From: Cenarchaeum sp.
GTDB lineage: Archaea; Thermoproteota; Nitrososphaeria; Nitrososphaerales; Nitrosopumilaceae
Reading direction: 5' to 3'
Length of the DNA: 64,000 nt
Assembly: GCA_963692915.1 (NCBI GenBank)
Contig: OY843584.1
Coordinates: 416,001-480,000 of the forward strand
The translations under genes and the position numbers were made by a program. Positions 28,235 to 38,087 of the stretch are shown piece after piece; position 1 is the stretch's first letter, and every line of letters starts with the position of its first letter. The notes below the pieces were generated by a model. It saw only the letters and a program-made list of their open reading frames with translations. It searched no databases and was not told the DNA's origin.

Positions 28235-29436
28235 AGCGAGTCGCCAACGAGCCTGACTAGCTGCCGCACCGCAAGGCGTGGGTGCGAGACGGCAAGGCGC
28301 GCGACGTATCCTAGCCCAAAGTCTGCCCTCACAAAGTCAAGAAACTCGTCAGCCGAGAGCGCGCGTATCGTCTCAAGCTCGTCATCCCACCCCCTGTCAT
28401 CGAGGCCGAGCCAGCGCGACTGCACGCGCGAGGCGGCGCGTATCTTTGATGCAATCTCGCGCCTCCACGACTTTTCATAGTGCTCTAGTGCGGCCTCTGA
28501 GACGTCTCCAGATGCTGCAGCACGCGCAGCAGCCCTGCCGGCTGCTGCGCCATACCGTATCGCATAGCGTATGCCCTCTAGGACAAGCGGGTTTGCCTGT
28601 CCGGCCGTGTCGCCTGCAAGGATGAGGCCGTCGTGGACCGTCTTGCGCGCGACCCCGCCGTTGGGAATTATCCCATAGTGAAACTCTACTGGCTTTACCC
28701 TTCCAAGGCGCGAGAGCGGTCCGGGCCTGCGCTCTAGGAGGCGCGCAAGCCTGGCGGCCGCATCCTCGCCGGACTCGGGCTTTGCGATCCCGACGCCAAT
28801 CCTGACCATGTCGCCGCCTAGCGGAAAGACCCACGCGTATCCGGCAGGCGAATAGTCGCCGCCGACCATGAGCCACCACGTGTCCTCATCGGCGCCCTCG
28901 GCGTGGGCCTCCCACTCGGCGCCAACCCCAAACCTGTCCCATCTGCGAACCGCGCGTGTGCTGCGCGCAACTGTGGACTGGAACCCCGTCGCATCGACTG
29001 TCATGCGCGCGCGAAACTCGACCGGACCGGCATCCGAGGACGCATGAACGCCGCACACGGCACTGCCATTGACAATGGCGCGCGTGACGCCGGTTCCGGT
29101 GAACAGGCGCGCGCCGGCCTCCTGCGCCCGTGCGGCTAGCCACCTGTATGTGCGGCGCACGTCAAGGACCGCTGCACGTGCCTCCGTGTCGCACACGGTG
29201 ACCTCGTTGCCCGGCGAAAAGAACGCATAGTTGTGAACGGGATGGTAGCAGTCGCGCGGAATCCCAAACTCCCTGACTGAGTCCATCCACGTCACGCCGC
29301 TGGTTCGGACGGTTCGCGCAACGTCGGCCTCGCGCTCTATGAGGGCAACGCTTGCGCCCTCTAGTGCCGCAGCACGTGCGGCCGAAGAGCCTGCAGGGCC
29401 GGCACCGGCCACAACGACATCGTATGAATTCATCAC
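28231..29436 (-). CDS. geranylgeranyl reductase family FAD-dependent oxidoreductase
   Basis: GAGPAGS, GYAWVFP, GDTAGQANPLVLEGI motifs. Confidence 0.88.
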   Translation of the reverse strand: MMNSYDVVVAGAGPAGSSAARAAALEGASVALIEREADVARTVRTSGVTWMDSVREFGIPRDCYHPVHNYAFFSPGNEVTVCDTEARAAVLDVRRTYRWLAARAQEAGARLFTGTGVTRAIVNGSAVCGVHASSDAGPVEFRARMTVDATGFQSTVARSTRAVRRWDRFGVGAEWEAHAEGADEDTWWLMVGGDYSPAGYAWVFPLGGDMVRIGVGIAKPESGEDAAARLARLLERRPGPLSRLGRVKPVEFHYGIIPNGGVARKTVHDGLILAGDTAGQANPLVLEGIRYAIRYGAAAGRAAARAAASGDVSEAALEHYEKSWRREIASKIRAASRVQSRWLGLDDRGWDDELETIRALSADEFLDFVRADFGLGYVARLAVSHPRLAVRQLVRLVGDSL

Positions 29437-29480
29437 GCGCGGGCTCCGGTGAGCCTGAATATATTCATGGGTGCTGTGGA

Positions 29481-29690
29481 CTACCTCTTTAGCACGGGGG
29501 AGCCCTTTGTGTCCGATGACCGCTCGGCATCAAACGGCTCGTCGGCATGCGCTGCCCTGTGCATATAGCTGTGCGAGCTGCCATCCTCCTTTCGGCAGAA
29601 TTTTTTGTGGACTGACTCCTCTATCTTGAGCGTCGTCTCGTTCTCGTGGTACATGCGCTTTCCGCACTCTGCGCATATCGCCTCAGGCAT
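29481..29690 (-). CDS. small zinc-binding hypothetical protein
   Basis: CAEC...HKKFC; ATG 29690 with a TATA-like element upstream. Confidence 0.65.
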   Translation of the reverse strand: MPEAICAECGKRMYHENETTLKIEESVHKKFCRKEDGSSHSYMHRAAHADEPFDAERSSDTKGSPVLKR

Positions 29691-29795
29691 GGTGCACAGG
29701 ATCGATGCGCGCATATTTAGCCGTATGGGAGCGAGGCGCGCTTTGGCACGCATAGCCTAGCGAACATAAATATCTGCGACGGGGAGTTTGCTGCC

Positions 29796-29912
29796 ATGCC
29801 GATGCAACACCCTGATGCGCTGTCGCTCCTCATATGGTCTGCAATATCGGCGGCCATGGTGGCCGCATCCGGCCTGGCATACAGGACATATCGGAGGCGC
29901 GTCTCCCATTAG
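29796..29912 (+). CDS. 38-aa single-pass membrane microprotein
   Basis: Manual translation MPMQHPDALSLLIWSAISAAMVAASGLAYRTYRRRVSH; hydrophobic helix plus basic tail; ATAAATA upstream; stop overlaps next gene. Confidence 0.55.
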   Translation: MPMQHPDALSLLIWSAISAAMVAASGLAYRTYRRRVSH

Positions 29913-30483
29913 GCGCCTCCATGCAGAAAAGCGCGGGCTTCGCTGCCTCGGCGTGGCCGAGAGCTTTGGGCCGGGGGACAGGACATCCACGCTCGCCGGA
30001 GTCGTCATGCGCCGTGACGGAACAGTCGACGGTGCCGTCATTGGCGGCTCTACTGTGTCCGGCGATGACGCAACTGATGCCATTGCGGCGATGCACTCGC
30101 GCCTGGACAGGTGCGACATATCGTGCACGATCGTCTCTGGCCTCCTCATATCGATGTACAATGTCATCAACGTGGAGCGCCTGGCCGAGCTTACGCAGGT
30201 GCCGGCGATCGGCGTGACGTACCGCGAGTCAGGCGGGCTCGATGGGGCAATAAGGCATCACTTTGAATCGCCGGCTAGGCGGCTCGCCGAGTATGCCTCC
30301 ATGCCGGCTAGGGAGCGCATGAGGCTGCACACGGGCCATGACATTTTCGTGGTGTGCGCGGGCTGCACCGGCAATGACGCTGCGGCAATACTTGACTCGT
30401 TCACGCGGCATGGTGCGGTTCCCGAACCGCTGCGTGTCGCGCGCACCATTGCGCGCGCGGCCAGGGTTGGCCTAGTCGTCTGA
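29908..30483 (+). CDS. DUF99/UPF0215 family protein (endonuclease V-like fold)
   Basis: GVAESF, GVVMRRD, GDDAT, PEPLRVA motifs; start uncertain (ATT 29908 proposed; ORF open from 29788). Confidence 0.8.
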   Translation: MRRLHAEKRGLRCLGVAESFGPGDRTSTLAGVVMRRDGTVDGAVIGGSTVSGDDATDAIAAMHSRLDRCDISCTIVSGLLISMYNVINVERLAELTQVPAIGVTYRESGGLDGAIRHHFESPARRLAEYASMPARERMRLHTGHDIFVVCAGCTGNDAAAILDSFTRHGAVPEPLRVARTIARAARVGLVV

Positions 30484-31365
30484 TGGGCCGCCAATGTGGC
30501 GCAGTATCCCCGTATAGTCAAGGTCTCCATGTCCCGCATCCACTGCGTCGCGGTATACCTTTAGTATATTGTCTGCTCCAGGAAGGACTGTGCCGCGTGA
30601 TTCTGCAAAGCGCGTGATTATTCCGAGGTCCTTCTTGAGGTTGCGCAGCAGGAACGTTGGCGTGTACTCGCCACGCGCCATCCTGTGGGCCTTTTTGCGG
30701 CTCATGCCAGTGCCAAAGTATGTCGAGTTTAGCACCGTGAGAAACGTCTCGGGATCCACGCCACCGCGTCTCGTTATCTCTATGCCCTCTGATATCGAGA
30801 GGGCCAGGGACGCTATCTGCAGGTTCATCGCAAGCTTTACCGTGTGTGCCGTGCCGTTCTCGCCCAGGTGGTGGACCTCCTGCCCAACGTCCCGGAGCAC
30901 GCCCTCGCACGCCGTGTATGCGTCCCTGTTCCCGTCTGCCATGACGACGAGCGTGCCGGCGGCCGCCGCGTCCGGCCCACCCATGACGGGAATGCCGATC
31001 ATCCTCACGCCAAACTCTGCTGCAAGCCTCTCCGCAATCTCGCGCGAGTCAACCGGACTTATCGTGCTCATGTCTGCGATAACTAGGGTCTCATGCGCAC
31101 CGGATGCTAGCCCGCCATCTCCAAATGTGACACTGCGAACCGCATCTGCGTCCGTGACGCACACTATGGCAATGTCTGATGCGGCCGCGACATCTTTTGC
31201 GCTTCCCATGACCTCTGCGCCGGCATCTGCGAGCCGCAACGTCCTCTCGCGCGTGCGGTTGTACGCTGCGAGCGTATGGCCGCGCTCGATTAGACGAAGC
31301 GCGACTGCCTCGCCTAGCATCCCTGTCCCGACAATGCCGACCCTCATGGACATCGGCTCGTCCAT
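30472..31365 (-). CDS. NAD-dependent beta-hydroxyacid dehydrogenase (3-hydroxyisobutyrate dehydrogenase family)
   Basis: GTGMLG, YNRT, DMSTISP, PVMGG, KLAMN, KKDL motifs. Confidence 0.9.
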   Translation of the reverse strand: MDEPMSMRVGIVGTGMLGEAVALRLIERGHTLAAYNRTRERTLRLADAGAEVMGSAKDVAAASDIAIVCVTDADAVRSVTFGDGGLASGAHETLVIADMSTISPVDSREIAERLAAEFGVRMIGIPVMGGPDAAAAGTLVVMADGNRDAYTACEGVLRDVGQEVHHLGENGTAHTVKLAMNLQIASLALSISEGIEITRRGGVDPETFLTVLNSTYFGTGMSRKKAHRMARGEYTPTFLLRNLKKDLGIITRFAESRGTVLPGADNILKVYRDAVDAGHGDLDYTGILRHIGGPSDD

Positions 31366-31441
31366 GATCTTATTTTAGTCGTTTGGGCAGTCTGCGCCAC
31401 GCCGCACGGGAGCAAAAAATCCCACGGGGCACTGCCTCGCC

Positions 31442-31828
31442 CTAGCGTGTCTCCTCAGCACACAGCTTCCATGGCCTGTTTCCCAGCAGCGGCGCCTCGA
31501 ACTTTAGCCTCCCGACGGTTCGCTCGCCGTCCCTGACCATCGCATAGTCGACCCGCCTTGTGCTCAGTATGCTCTCCCTGGTCTTGTATCCGCCCTCGAT
31601 GACCCTCACGCGGAAGCGCTTGCTTGCCCGCACGACTGCGCGGCGTGCGGCCTTGACGTCGCCGACCCATGAGAACATCTCAAATGACCCAAAGTTCTGC
31701 GTCTTGACTGTGTGGCCGTACAGGCGCGCCTCTAGCTTTAGCCCGCTCTTGGCCGCATACGCGTTTATCCACTCGACGACGCGCTCGCCGTGGCCCTCCT
31801 GAGCCCCAAATGACTCCGCGCCGCCCAT
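31442..31828 (-). CDS. hypothetical protein
   Basis: Globular-looking ORF with host codon usage and a TATA box upstream. Confidence 0.7.
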   Translation of the reverse strand: MGGAESFGAQEGHGERVVEWINAYAAKSGLKLEARLYGHTVKTQNFGSFEMFSWVGDVKAARRAVVRASKRFRVRVIEGGYKTRESILSTRRVDYAMVRDGERTVGRLKFEAPLLGNRPWKLCAEETR

Positions 31829-31911
31829 ATGGCAGGCCGGCCCGCGGGGCAGATATAATGGTGTGCGGTGCGCCCTAGACTAAAATACGCCCATGGCAGG
31901 AGGGGCCGCTG

Positions 31912-32280
31912 ATGATAACGGTGGATTGCCACGACGTTGAGGCCATAAAGCACGAGCTGGCCGTGTATGTCGCCGACCAGCTCGGCGCAATTCCGGCGAT
32001 AAAGCTGCACGAATTTGTGCTCTCCCCCATAGACGACAATGACGCGCTAGACATGACTGAGGCCATCACGGCAGTAAAGGGGTACATGGACTCCATAGGC
32101 GAGACCCGCAACTATTCTGTCCTTGCGCGAGGCAACACGGTCAACGTGCACTCGCTTACGGGCAAGTCCATCGAGCGTGCCGAGAGCGCGCAGGACCACA
32201 TGTTCTCATGCCCCCACTGCGGGTTTGTCACCGGATACGAGGTGGAGTACAATGCGCACAAGCGAATACACTATCTCTGA
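31912..32280 (+). CDS. hypothetical protein with a C-terminal C2H2 zinc finger
   Basis: CPHC...HKRIH. Confidence 0.8.
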   Translation: MITVDCHDVEAIKHELAVYVADQLGAIPAIKLHEFVLSPIDDNDALDMTEAITAVKGYMDSIGETRNYSVLARGNTVNVHSLTGKSIERAESAQDHMFSCPHCGFVTGYEVEYNAHKRIHYL

Positions 32281-32358
32281 GGCAGTTGGCGCATGGGACA
32301 TTTGACGTGCGTGAACGCTCAAGTATGGTTATAAGGGGGACATGCGCCCGAGGGCGCG

Positions 32359-32535
32359 ATGGAAGACAACGGGGAGCGCTCACGCCCGCAAAAGATCTAT
32401 TGCGACAAGTGTGACAAGGTGTTTGGCTCTCGGCCAGAGTACGAACGCCACGTCGAGCGCCATGCCGGCGGTGGCGAGTCATGCCCAATCGACTCTGCGA
32501 TATCGCGATTGCTAGGCGTTTTTCGAAGGCGTTAG
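32359..32535 (+). CDS. small C2H2 zinc-finger protein (58 aa)
   Basis: Manual translation MEDNGERSRPQKIYCDKCDKVFGSRPEYERHVERHAGGGESCPIDSAISRLLGVFRRR; TTATAA upstream. Confidence 0.75.
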   Translation: MEDNGERSRPQKIYCDKCDKVFGSRPEYERHVERHAGGGESCPIDSAISRLLGVFRRR

Positions 32536-32537
32536 CC

Positions 32538-33035
32538 ATGGCGCGCAGCGTGCGAATGGTCGAACAGGCCACGCGCATGGTCTTTGCGCGGCGCGTAAAT
32601 GTTGCAATGGCCATTGGCGTGTTTGCCACAATGCTCCTCGTCATGCTCTTGACGGCTGACTATGTGTTCATTGAGCCATATCTCATCGCGCACGTTCCTG
32701 AGGGCGGCGTGGGAGGACTTGCCATAATCGTAGTAATGTCGGCCCTCTCGGCGATGGCGATTCCCATGGGCATCCACTCGATCATGGCTGCCCGTGCCGC
32801 ACGTCGCGGGATCGCCGGCGGCATGGCAGGGGCCACCGTGGGCGTCGTCGCCGGCGCATGCAGCTGTGGTCCCATAACGCTTGCCCTGGCAACCTCGCTT
32901 GGCGCAGCAGGCTCGGCGACGGCATCGTTTCTCTCCGAGTATGACGTGCCGCTCCGCCTTGCGGCGATAGCCGCGCTGGGAGTCTCGATATATGCCACGT
33001 CGGCCACGCTCTCTGGCCAATGCCGCACGCCCTAG
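32538..33035 (+). CDS. membrane protein with a CSC motif
   Basis: About four hydrophobic segments; GACSCGP. Confidence 0.75.
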   Translation: MARSVRMVEQATRMVFARRVNVAMAIGVFATMLLVMLLTADYVFIEPYLIAHVPEGGVGGLAIIVVMSALSAMAIPMGIHSIMAARAARRGIAGGMAGATVGVVAGACSCGPITLALATSLGAAGSATASFLSEYDVPLRLAAIAALGVSIYATSATLSGQCRTP

Positions 33036-33104
33036 GCGGCCCACGCGTGCGCAGGCGCAGCCTATAGCGCAACCTTTATGACTTGACAGGGCTGCCGATC
33101 CGGT

Positions 33105-33452
33105 ATGGAGGCACAGGTAGCCGTAGAGCGTGTCCTAAAGATCAGCCCCTCGATAAGAGTGGCTAGCATCTGCGACATGAACGGCAAGCTCGTGTACCAT
33201 GCACGTCGCAAGTCAGTCAAGAACATCTTGACTCCGGCTGAGAGCAAGGCATCTCTGCGCGCATCAGCGCAGAACATGAAAAAGCGCAAAAGCCTTGCGC
33301 GCAAGCTTGGAGCGTGCAAGTACACAGTCGCCGAGTATGACAAGGTCAAGAGACTAGTCATGCCAGCGGGTCGAAACCACCTCCTGTACGTCACATGCTC
33401 CCCGAGCTTTGACCACAACAAGATCGTGAGGAAAGTAAGGACGTTCAGGTAG
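33105..33452 (+). CDS. roadblock/profilin-like thaumarchaeal hypothetical protein
   Basis: IRVASICDMNGKL...LGACKYTVAEYDKVKRL pattern. Confidence 0.7.
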   Translation: MEAQVAVERVLKISPSIRVASICDMNGKLVYHARRKSVKNILTPAESKASLRASAQNMKKRKSLARKLGACKYTVAEYDKVKRLVMPAGRNHLLYVTCSPSFDHNKIVRKVRTFR

Positions 33453-33501
33453 GACAGGTTATCCCACCATTTTTCGGTTCATTCTCAGGGTTGTTTGCGC
33501 G

Positions 33502-34434
33502 CTAGCGCATCGCCAAGGTGCCAAGGTACACGACATATGCGATGACTGCGCCTATCCCATGCACCCTCCTGATCATCCCCGTGCGCACGGCGATAAAGAG
33601 TGCGGCGCCAAACGCGATCATTATGGCATAGTCGACAAAGATCTCGCTGTCGACTTGTATGGTGAATGCTGCCGACGCCACGCCGACGATCAAGAGCACG
33701 TTGCAAATGTTGCTGCCGATGATGTTGCCGACCCCAATGTCAGTCTGTCCCCTGCGAATTGCTATCACTGATGTTATGAGCTCCGGAAGTGACGTGCCTA
33801 TTGCGACTACTGTTATGCCAATTATCCTCTCTGAGAGCCCAAAGCTCTCGGCCAGGACAACGGCGTTGTCTATGGTGAGCGTTGCGCCAGCATAGAGTGC
33901 CGTAATTCCAATTGCAATGTATGCCAGTGACCTTGGCGTGGACAATAGCTTTGTGTCACTATCGGACTCTGACACGTGATGTTTTTTTCGTGACGTGCCA
34001 CACACATACACGGTAAATGCAACCAGTGCGGCGAGAAGCAATGCGCCATCAATGTGTGAGACCTCACCGTCGATCGACACAACAACAAGGAGGGCAGAGA
34101 ACCCCAGCATAAGGGGAACCTCCCTGCGAAGCGTCTGCCTGCCTATTGCGAGCGGTACCATGATTGCCGCAACGCCGATGACCATTCCGACGTTTGCGAT
34201 GTTGCTTCCAACCACGTTGCCAAGGATAATCGCGCTGTGCTCTGTGCCTGCGGCGATGCTTGCGGCAAGCTCCGGAGTCGACGTCCCATACGCGATCACA
34301 GTCATGCCGATGACCAACGGGCTCATGCCCAGGCGCCGCGCAATCGATGCGCCCCCGCCAACAAGCCTGCTGCCGCCAAAGCAGAGCAGCGCTAGGCCGA
34401 TGCACACAAGCAGGGCGCTGATCGCCGTCTCCAT
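33502..34434 (-). CDS. Ca2+/Na+ antiporter (CaCA/YrbG family)
   Basis: Two alpha repeats: GTSTPEL/GSNIAN and GTSLPEL/GSNICN. Confidence 0.93.
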   Translation of the reverse strand: METAISALLVCIGLALLCFGGSRLVGGGASIARRLGMSPLVIGMTVIAYGTSTPELAASIAAGTEHSAIILGNVVGSNIANVGMVIGVAAIMVPLAIGRQTLRREVPLMLGFSALLVVVSIDGEVSHIDGALLLAALVAFTVYVCGTSRKKHHVSESDSDTKLLSTPRSLAYIAIGITALYAGATLTIDNAVVLAESFGLSERIIGITVVAIGTSLPELITSVIAIRRGQTDIGVGNIIGSNICNVLLIVGVASAAFTIQVDSEIFVDYAIMIAFGAALFIAVRTGMIRRVHGIGAVIAYVVYLGTLAMR

Positions 34435-34576
34435 GGACGACGCGGCGCAGAGCCTCCGTTTAAATGCAAACCTGGCGTGTGGGCTGCCATCCCCGTGGGT
34501 ACAGGCCTTGTGTGCCCGACAGTGCAGAAAGGTAATTAATCCGTGTGCCGCGCGCGCCTTCACGGTGCAGCACTCC

Positions 34577-35293
34577 ATGCCTCCTAGCGCGACCGTGACA
34601 GAGTTTTCAGCCGTGCGACTCGAACGACCCACTGTGATCGCCGGATTCGTCGGAGCCGGCCTCGTCGGGCCACTAGCCGTTGGGCACATTGTCTCGTCTA
34701 TGGGGTTTACTGAGTTTGCGTGCATGAGGTCGCATCACCTCCCGCCGGCTGCAGTGTTCCTGCGCGGCCACCTGCAGCACCCGTTTAGGTTTTATGCGCA
34801 CGAAAAGTCCAACATGTGCGCCATAATATGCGAGATAACGCTCCACATGGAGGGCATACACGATATAGTCTCGGCCATCTTTGAGTGGCTCTCCTCCAAG
34901 AATGCCGCCGAGATTGCGGTTCTCGACGGGATTGCCGATGACTCCCATGATGGACGCGCATACTATGCGGCCGAGCGCGACACGCACCACGCCGAGGCAG
35001 TGCCGGGCATCAGCATGATATCGCGGGGGTTCATCACGGGGATCTCTGGCGGCCTGCTCGATGAGTGCCTTCTACATGATGTGCGTGGCTCGGCACTTCT
35101 TGCACGGGCCAACAAGGACGCCGCTGATCCTGTAGCGGCCGCCACGCTCGTCAACGCGGTCAACTCGCTGTATGGCCTGGACGTGAACTCCTCTTCACTC
35201 CTCCGTGACGCAGAGACGATCGAGAGCACATACTCGGAGCTCTCGCGCCGTTATGCGCATCACAGGGGCGAGGCACGGGGGATGTACATGTGA
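34577..35293 (+). CDS. proteasome assembly chaperone (PAC2) family protein
   Basis: GFVGAGLVG, HPFRFY, GFITGISGGLL, DPVAA motifs. Confidence 0.85.
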   Translation: MPPSATVTEFSAVRLERPTVIAGFVGAGLVGPLAVGHIVSSMGFTEFACMRSHHLPPAAVFLRGHLQHPFRFYAHEKSNMCAIICEITLHMEGIHDIVSAIFEWLSSKNAAEIAVLDGIADDSHDGRAYYAAERDTHHAEAVPGISMISRGFITGISGGLLDECLLHDVRGSALLARANKDAADPVAAATLVNAVNSLYGLDVNSSSLLRDAETIESTYSELSRRYAHHRGEARGMYM

Positions 35294-36342
35294 TGCGCCG
35301 TGCACAAAATCGCCGCCGATCCAAGACGCTCACATACCGTGGATCAGGCGTTGACATTGCCGCAATAGACGCGAGCCGCACGGCAATTGGGCGCCTGATA
35401 TCGTCAACACACTCGCGTACGCCCGGTGCGCGTATGGCTAGCGCATTTGGGCACTATGCGGGAATTGTGCGCACACGCGACGGCACGCTCATTGCGACTC
35501 ACACGGACGGCGTGGGAACAAAGGTGCTCATCGCATCCAAGATGCGCAAGTATGACACGGTGGGAATTGACTGTGTGGCGATGAACGTCAATGACATTGT
35601 GTGCGTTGGTGCCACACCGGTGTCCTTTGTTGACTATATCGCCGCTAGCCGCAATGACACGGCGATATTCAAAAAGATCGTGTCTGGCCTCGTCCGTGGA
35701 GCGCGGCAGGCGCGCGTTCCCATAGTTGGTGGCGAAACGGCGATCATGCCTGACCTCTTTGGCCAGGGCAAGTTCGCCTTTGATCTGGCCGGAACCGTGG
35801 TCGGCACCGTCCCGCGCAACCGTGTCATCACAGGCAAGGCAATCCGACGGCGTGACGTGATAATCGGCGCGCGCAGCTCGGGACTGCACTCCAACGGATA
35901 CTCGCTTGCCCGGCGCGCACTCGCCGGAATTCCGCTCAGCGAACGCATTGCCGGCGCGCGTCGACTCGGCGACGAGCTCCTTCGCCCGACGAGAATCTAT
36001 GCAGTTCCGGTTCTTGACGTCCTTGGGCGCTTTGACGTGCATGGCCTGGCCCACATCACCGGCGGCGCGTTCTCAAACCTCCTTCGCCTGCGGCGCGTCT
36101 CCTACGAGATCGACTCGCTGCCACGCACGCCGCCGATTATGGATCTCATCGCCTCGCGGGGCGTGGCCGACGCCGAGATGTACAGGACGTTCAACATGGG
36201 CGTTGGCCTCTGCGTCATCGCCTCCGAGTCAGAGGCAGACGGGATTGTCTCTACCCTGCGCCGGCACAGGATTGGGGCACAGGTCATAGGCCACATTGGC
36301 CCCGGAAGCGGCGTCAGGGTCAATGGCATCGACATTGCCTAG
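35290..36342 (+). CDS. purM: phosphoribosylformylglycinamidine cyclo-ligase
   Basis: TDGVGTK, VAMNVND, GGETA, GLHSNGYSL, HITGG, FNMGVG motifs. Confidence 0.97.
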   Translation: MMRRAQNRRRSKTLTYRGSGVDIAAIDASRTAIGRLISSTHSRTPGARMASAFGHYAGIVRTRDGTLIATHTDGVGTKVLIASKMRKYDTVGIDCVAMNVNDIVCVGATPVSFVDYIAASRNDTAIFKKIVSGLVRGARQARVPIVGGETAIMPDLFGQGKFAFDLAGTVVGTVPRNRVITGKAIRRRDVIIGARSSGLHSNGYSLARRALAGIPLSERIAGARRLGDELLRPTRIYAVPVLDVLGRFDVHGLAHITGGAFSNLLRLRRVSYEIDSLPRTPPIMDLIASRGVADAEMYRTFNMGVGLCVIASESEADGIVSTLRRHRIGAQVIGHIGPGSGVRVNGIDIA

Positions 36343-36408
36343 CTATCCGGCGTATGGGCCCCTGGCATCATAAACCGTTAAATTAACCCCCGATTGAGCC
36401 TTGTCTCG

Positions 36409-37029
36409 TTGGCAAAGCACGAGCTTCCCGCACTTCCATACGCGCATGATGCCCTAGAGCCCCATATTGACGCCCAGACCATGGAGATACACCACTCTAG
36501 GCACCACAAGGCATACACGGCCAAGCTCAACGCCGCACTCGAAAAGTGCCCAGCAGATGTACAGGGCATGGACATAGAGACGCTCCTGGCTTCGCTCTCT
36601 AGCGTCCCCGAGGGGGTTCGAGGAGCAGTCAACTTTAACGGCGGCGGGTTTGACAACCACTCGCTCTTTTGGCCCAGCCTGTCGCCCAACGGTGGCGGTG
36701 AGCCGGGGGGCGCGCTGGCCGATGCGATCTCGTCTGCATTTGGAAACTTTGCAGACTTTAAGGAAAAGTTCTCCTCCACCACTGCAGTCATACAGGGTAG
36801 CGGGTGGGGATGGCTCGCCTACAACCCGTCATCATCAAAGGTGGAGTATGCCGCGATGCCAAACCAGGACAGCCCGCGCACACGGGGTCTTGTGCCCCTG
36901 CTGGGCCTTGACGTCTGGGAGCACGCGTATTACCTAAAGTACCAGAACAAGCGACCTGACTATGTTGCGGCGTGGTGGAACGTTGTCAACTGGGATGAGG
37001 TCGACGCACGCCTTTCCAGGGTGCGCTAG
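36409..37029 (+). CDS. sod: Fe/Mn superoxide dismutase
   Basis: [29 protein letters not shown] motifs. Confidence 0.97.
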   Translation: MAKHELPALPYAHDALEPHIDAQTMEIHHSRHHKAYTAKLNAALEKCPADVQGMDIETLLASLSSVPEGVRGAVNFNGGGFDNHSLFWPSLSPNGGGEPGGALADAISSAFGNFADFKEKFSSTTAVIQGSGWGWLAYNPSSSKVEYAAMPNQDSPRTRGLVPLLGLDVWEHAYYLKYQNKRPDYVAAWWNVVNWDEVDARLSRVR

Positions 37030-37113
37030 GGTGCCACGTGCGCAGGTGCCGGTGCGCGCCTTTGATGCGGATCTGCCCATCAGGATTATAAACGGGCAGT
37101 CCGGGAGCGTGCC

Positions 37114-37401
37114 ATGCCACTAAAGCGGGCAAGCAGGGGACGCAAAAAGGGCGGCAAGGGCTCCTCTGGAGTTGTCCAGTGCACCAACTGCGGACAGACA
37201 GTTCCAAAAGACAAGGCCAAAAAGGTCACATCTAGGCTAAACCTCGTGGAGCACCAGCTCGCAAAGGAGCTTCGCGCACAGGGCACATACATCGCCTCGC
37301 CGCGGGTTCTCAAGTGGTACTGCATATCATGCGCCATACACTTTGGAATACTAAAGATTCGCTCGGCTGACTCGAGAAGAAAGCGCGGCAGGCTGCGTTA
37401 G
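37114..37401 (+). CDS. rps26e: 30S ribosomal protein S26e
   Basis: VQCTNCGQTVPKDKA...YCISCAIH. Confidence 0.96.
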   Translation: MPLKRASRGRKKGGKGSSGVVQCTNCGQTVPKDKAKKVTSRLNLVEHQLAKELRAQGTYIASPRVLKWYCISCAIHFGILKIRSADSRRKRGRLR

Positions 37402-37991
37402 CCGTCCAGCTGCCTTGATGCGCGAATGACGCGCTGCACTATTGTCACTCCCGCAAGGACGCACACGAGCATCATGGCATAGTCCATTATTGACGCCGTT
37501 TGGGCCAAGCCGGCAGCTATTGCTGCTACGGCTATTATGACCAGGCGCTCGGCCCGCTCGCCCACGCCAATGCCGGCGAGCCTCACGCCGAGCGACTCTG
37601 CCCTTGACCTAGTATAGCTCACGATGAGCGAGAGGGCCAGCGCGGTGATCACGAGGTGCGGTGAGGCAACGCCGCCGACCAGGATTGCGATGAATATGGC
37701 AGCCTCGGCGACCCTGTCTGAGACGGAGTCCAGGAACGCCCCACGCGCCGTCTCCCTGCCCGATGCGCGTGCGACCTGACCGTCGACGATGTCAAGGAAC
37801 CCCGAGGCGAGGAGCGCAACTCCGGCTAGTGCGATCGAGTGGCCAGAGTTGATCCCAAAGAGGGCTGCTGACACCAAGGCGGCCACAAGGCCGATCGCGG
37901 TCCATGCCGACGGCGATATGCCGGTGGCCGCAGCCGCACGCCCGAGGCGCCCCAGCGCCGGCGAGAGCGTCTTGCGCAGGCTGTCGAGCAT
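37398..37991 (-). CDS. CDP-alcohol phosphatidyltransferase family (archaetidylinositol phosphate synthase-like)
   Basis: DIVDGQVAR...GAFLDSVSDR signature. Confidence 0.9.
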   Translation of the reverse strand: MLDSLRKTLSPALGRLGRAAAATGISPSAWTAIGLVAALVSAALFGINSGHSIALAGVALLASGFLDIVDGQVARASGRETARGAFLDSVSDRVAEAAIFIAILVGGVASPHLVITALALSLIVSYTRSRAESLGVRLAGIGVGERAERLVIIAVAAIAAGLAQTASIMDYAMMLVCVLAGVTIVQRVIRASRQLDG

Positions 37992-38087
37992 CGTGGGGCA
38001 GGCGGCGCTCTTTTGTATTAAAGAGTGGCGGCACGCCGCACCAGGCGGCGCGCCCCTTATATCACGCCGCTCGCGACCCCGCGCGCG

